Shown here one piece after another: positions 14,586 to 14,809 of a DNA stretch of 14,809 nt. The notes under the pieces are model-generated. The model did no database searches, was not told the DNA's origin, and saw nothing but the letters and a program-made list of their open reading frames with translations. The first letter of the stretch is position 1; every line of letters starts with the position of its first letter. Both the position numbers and the translations under genes were made by a program. Origin of the DNA: Pseudobdellovibrionaceae bacterium (GTDB lineage Bacteria; Bdellovibrionota; Bdellovibrionia; Bdellovibrionales; Bdellovibrionaceae); assembly GCA_041288045.1 (NCBI GenBank), contig JBGGMM010000125.1, positions 1-14,809 of the forward strand. Reading direction: 5' to 3'.

Positions 14586-14809
14586 CCAACCGAAGCCGCG
14601 GCATTTTGAATTTTCACATCCACACCTTTGGCGAAATCTTGCAGCTTTGAGTCTTCCAAAACCGACAGCAAGGGAACGGCAAGAGCAAATTCGACAGTCC
14701 ATTGATCCTTTCCAGATTCTTGAAGGACCACATTGCAAGGCATGATATTGGCGACTCCGGGATTGATTTGGAAAGCATCATAAGCAAGGCCCGGGTGGCA
14801 GGCGCCGAG
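14582..14809 (-). CDS. DUF302 family protein, C-terminal part; gene starts beyond the window
   Basis: Manual translation from 14809: LGACHPGLAYDAFQINPGVANIMPCNVVLQESGKDQWTVEFALAVPLLSVLEDSKLQDFAKGVDVKIQNAAASVG*. LGAC.P and PCNVV are DUF302 hallmarks. Not in the ORF track. Confidence 0.85.
   Translation of the reverse strand, partial: LGACHPGLAYDAFQINPGVANIMPCNVVLQESGKDQWTVEFALAVPLLSVLEDSKLQDFAKGVDVKIQNAAASVG

Noticed and set aside
14586..14738. Cys-rich N-terminal extension of the ORF-track 209-aa protein
   Set aside because: It is an alternative frame over the DUF302 coding sequence. The real start is 14585 or 14579.

Overview
Bacterial chromosomal window with no rRNA, tRNA, CRISPR array or mobile element. 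The DUF4360 gene and the many Sec-signal-bearing hypothetical proteins suggest Bdellovibrionota (inference). Contents in order: 3' end of an aspartate ammonia-lyase coupled to an OprO/OprP-type porin; an ArsR + tandem-SRPBCC operon with a tandem operator; an unannotated SRPBCC C-terminal remnant; a DUF4360 gene; a two-gene operon of signal-peptide-bearing amide-ligase-fold proteins (an IucA/IucC-like gene split by one in-frame TAG, then an amidoligase-like gene); a large secreted Cys-rich hypothetical protein; two tandem paralogous secreted beta-helix/Ig-repeat proteins; and a DUF302-hypothetical-DUF1801 operon. The most notable signals are (1) a 38/39-nt inverted-repeat element conserved almost perfectly just upstream of both paralogs, (2) the apparently exported ligase pair with its amber codon, and (3) two matching sigma54-like promoters with a non-canonical -12 box. 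All family calls come from motif recognition, not database searches.
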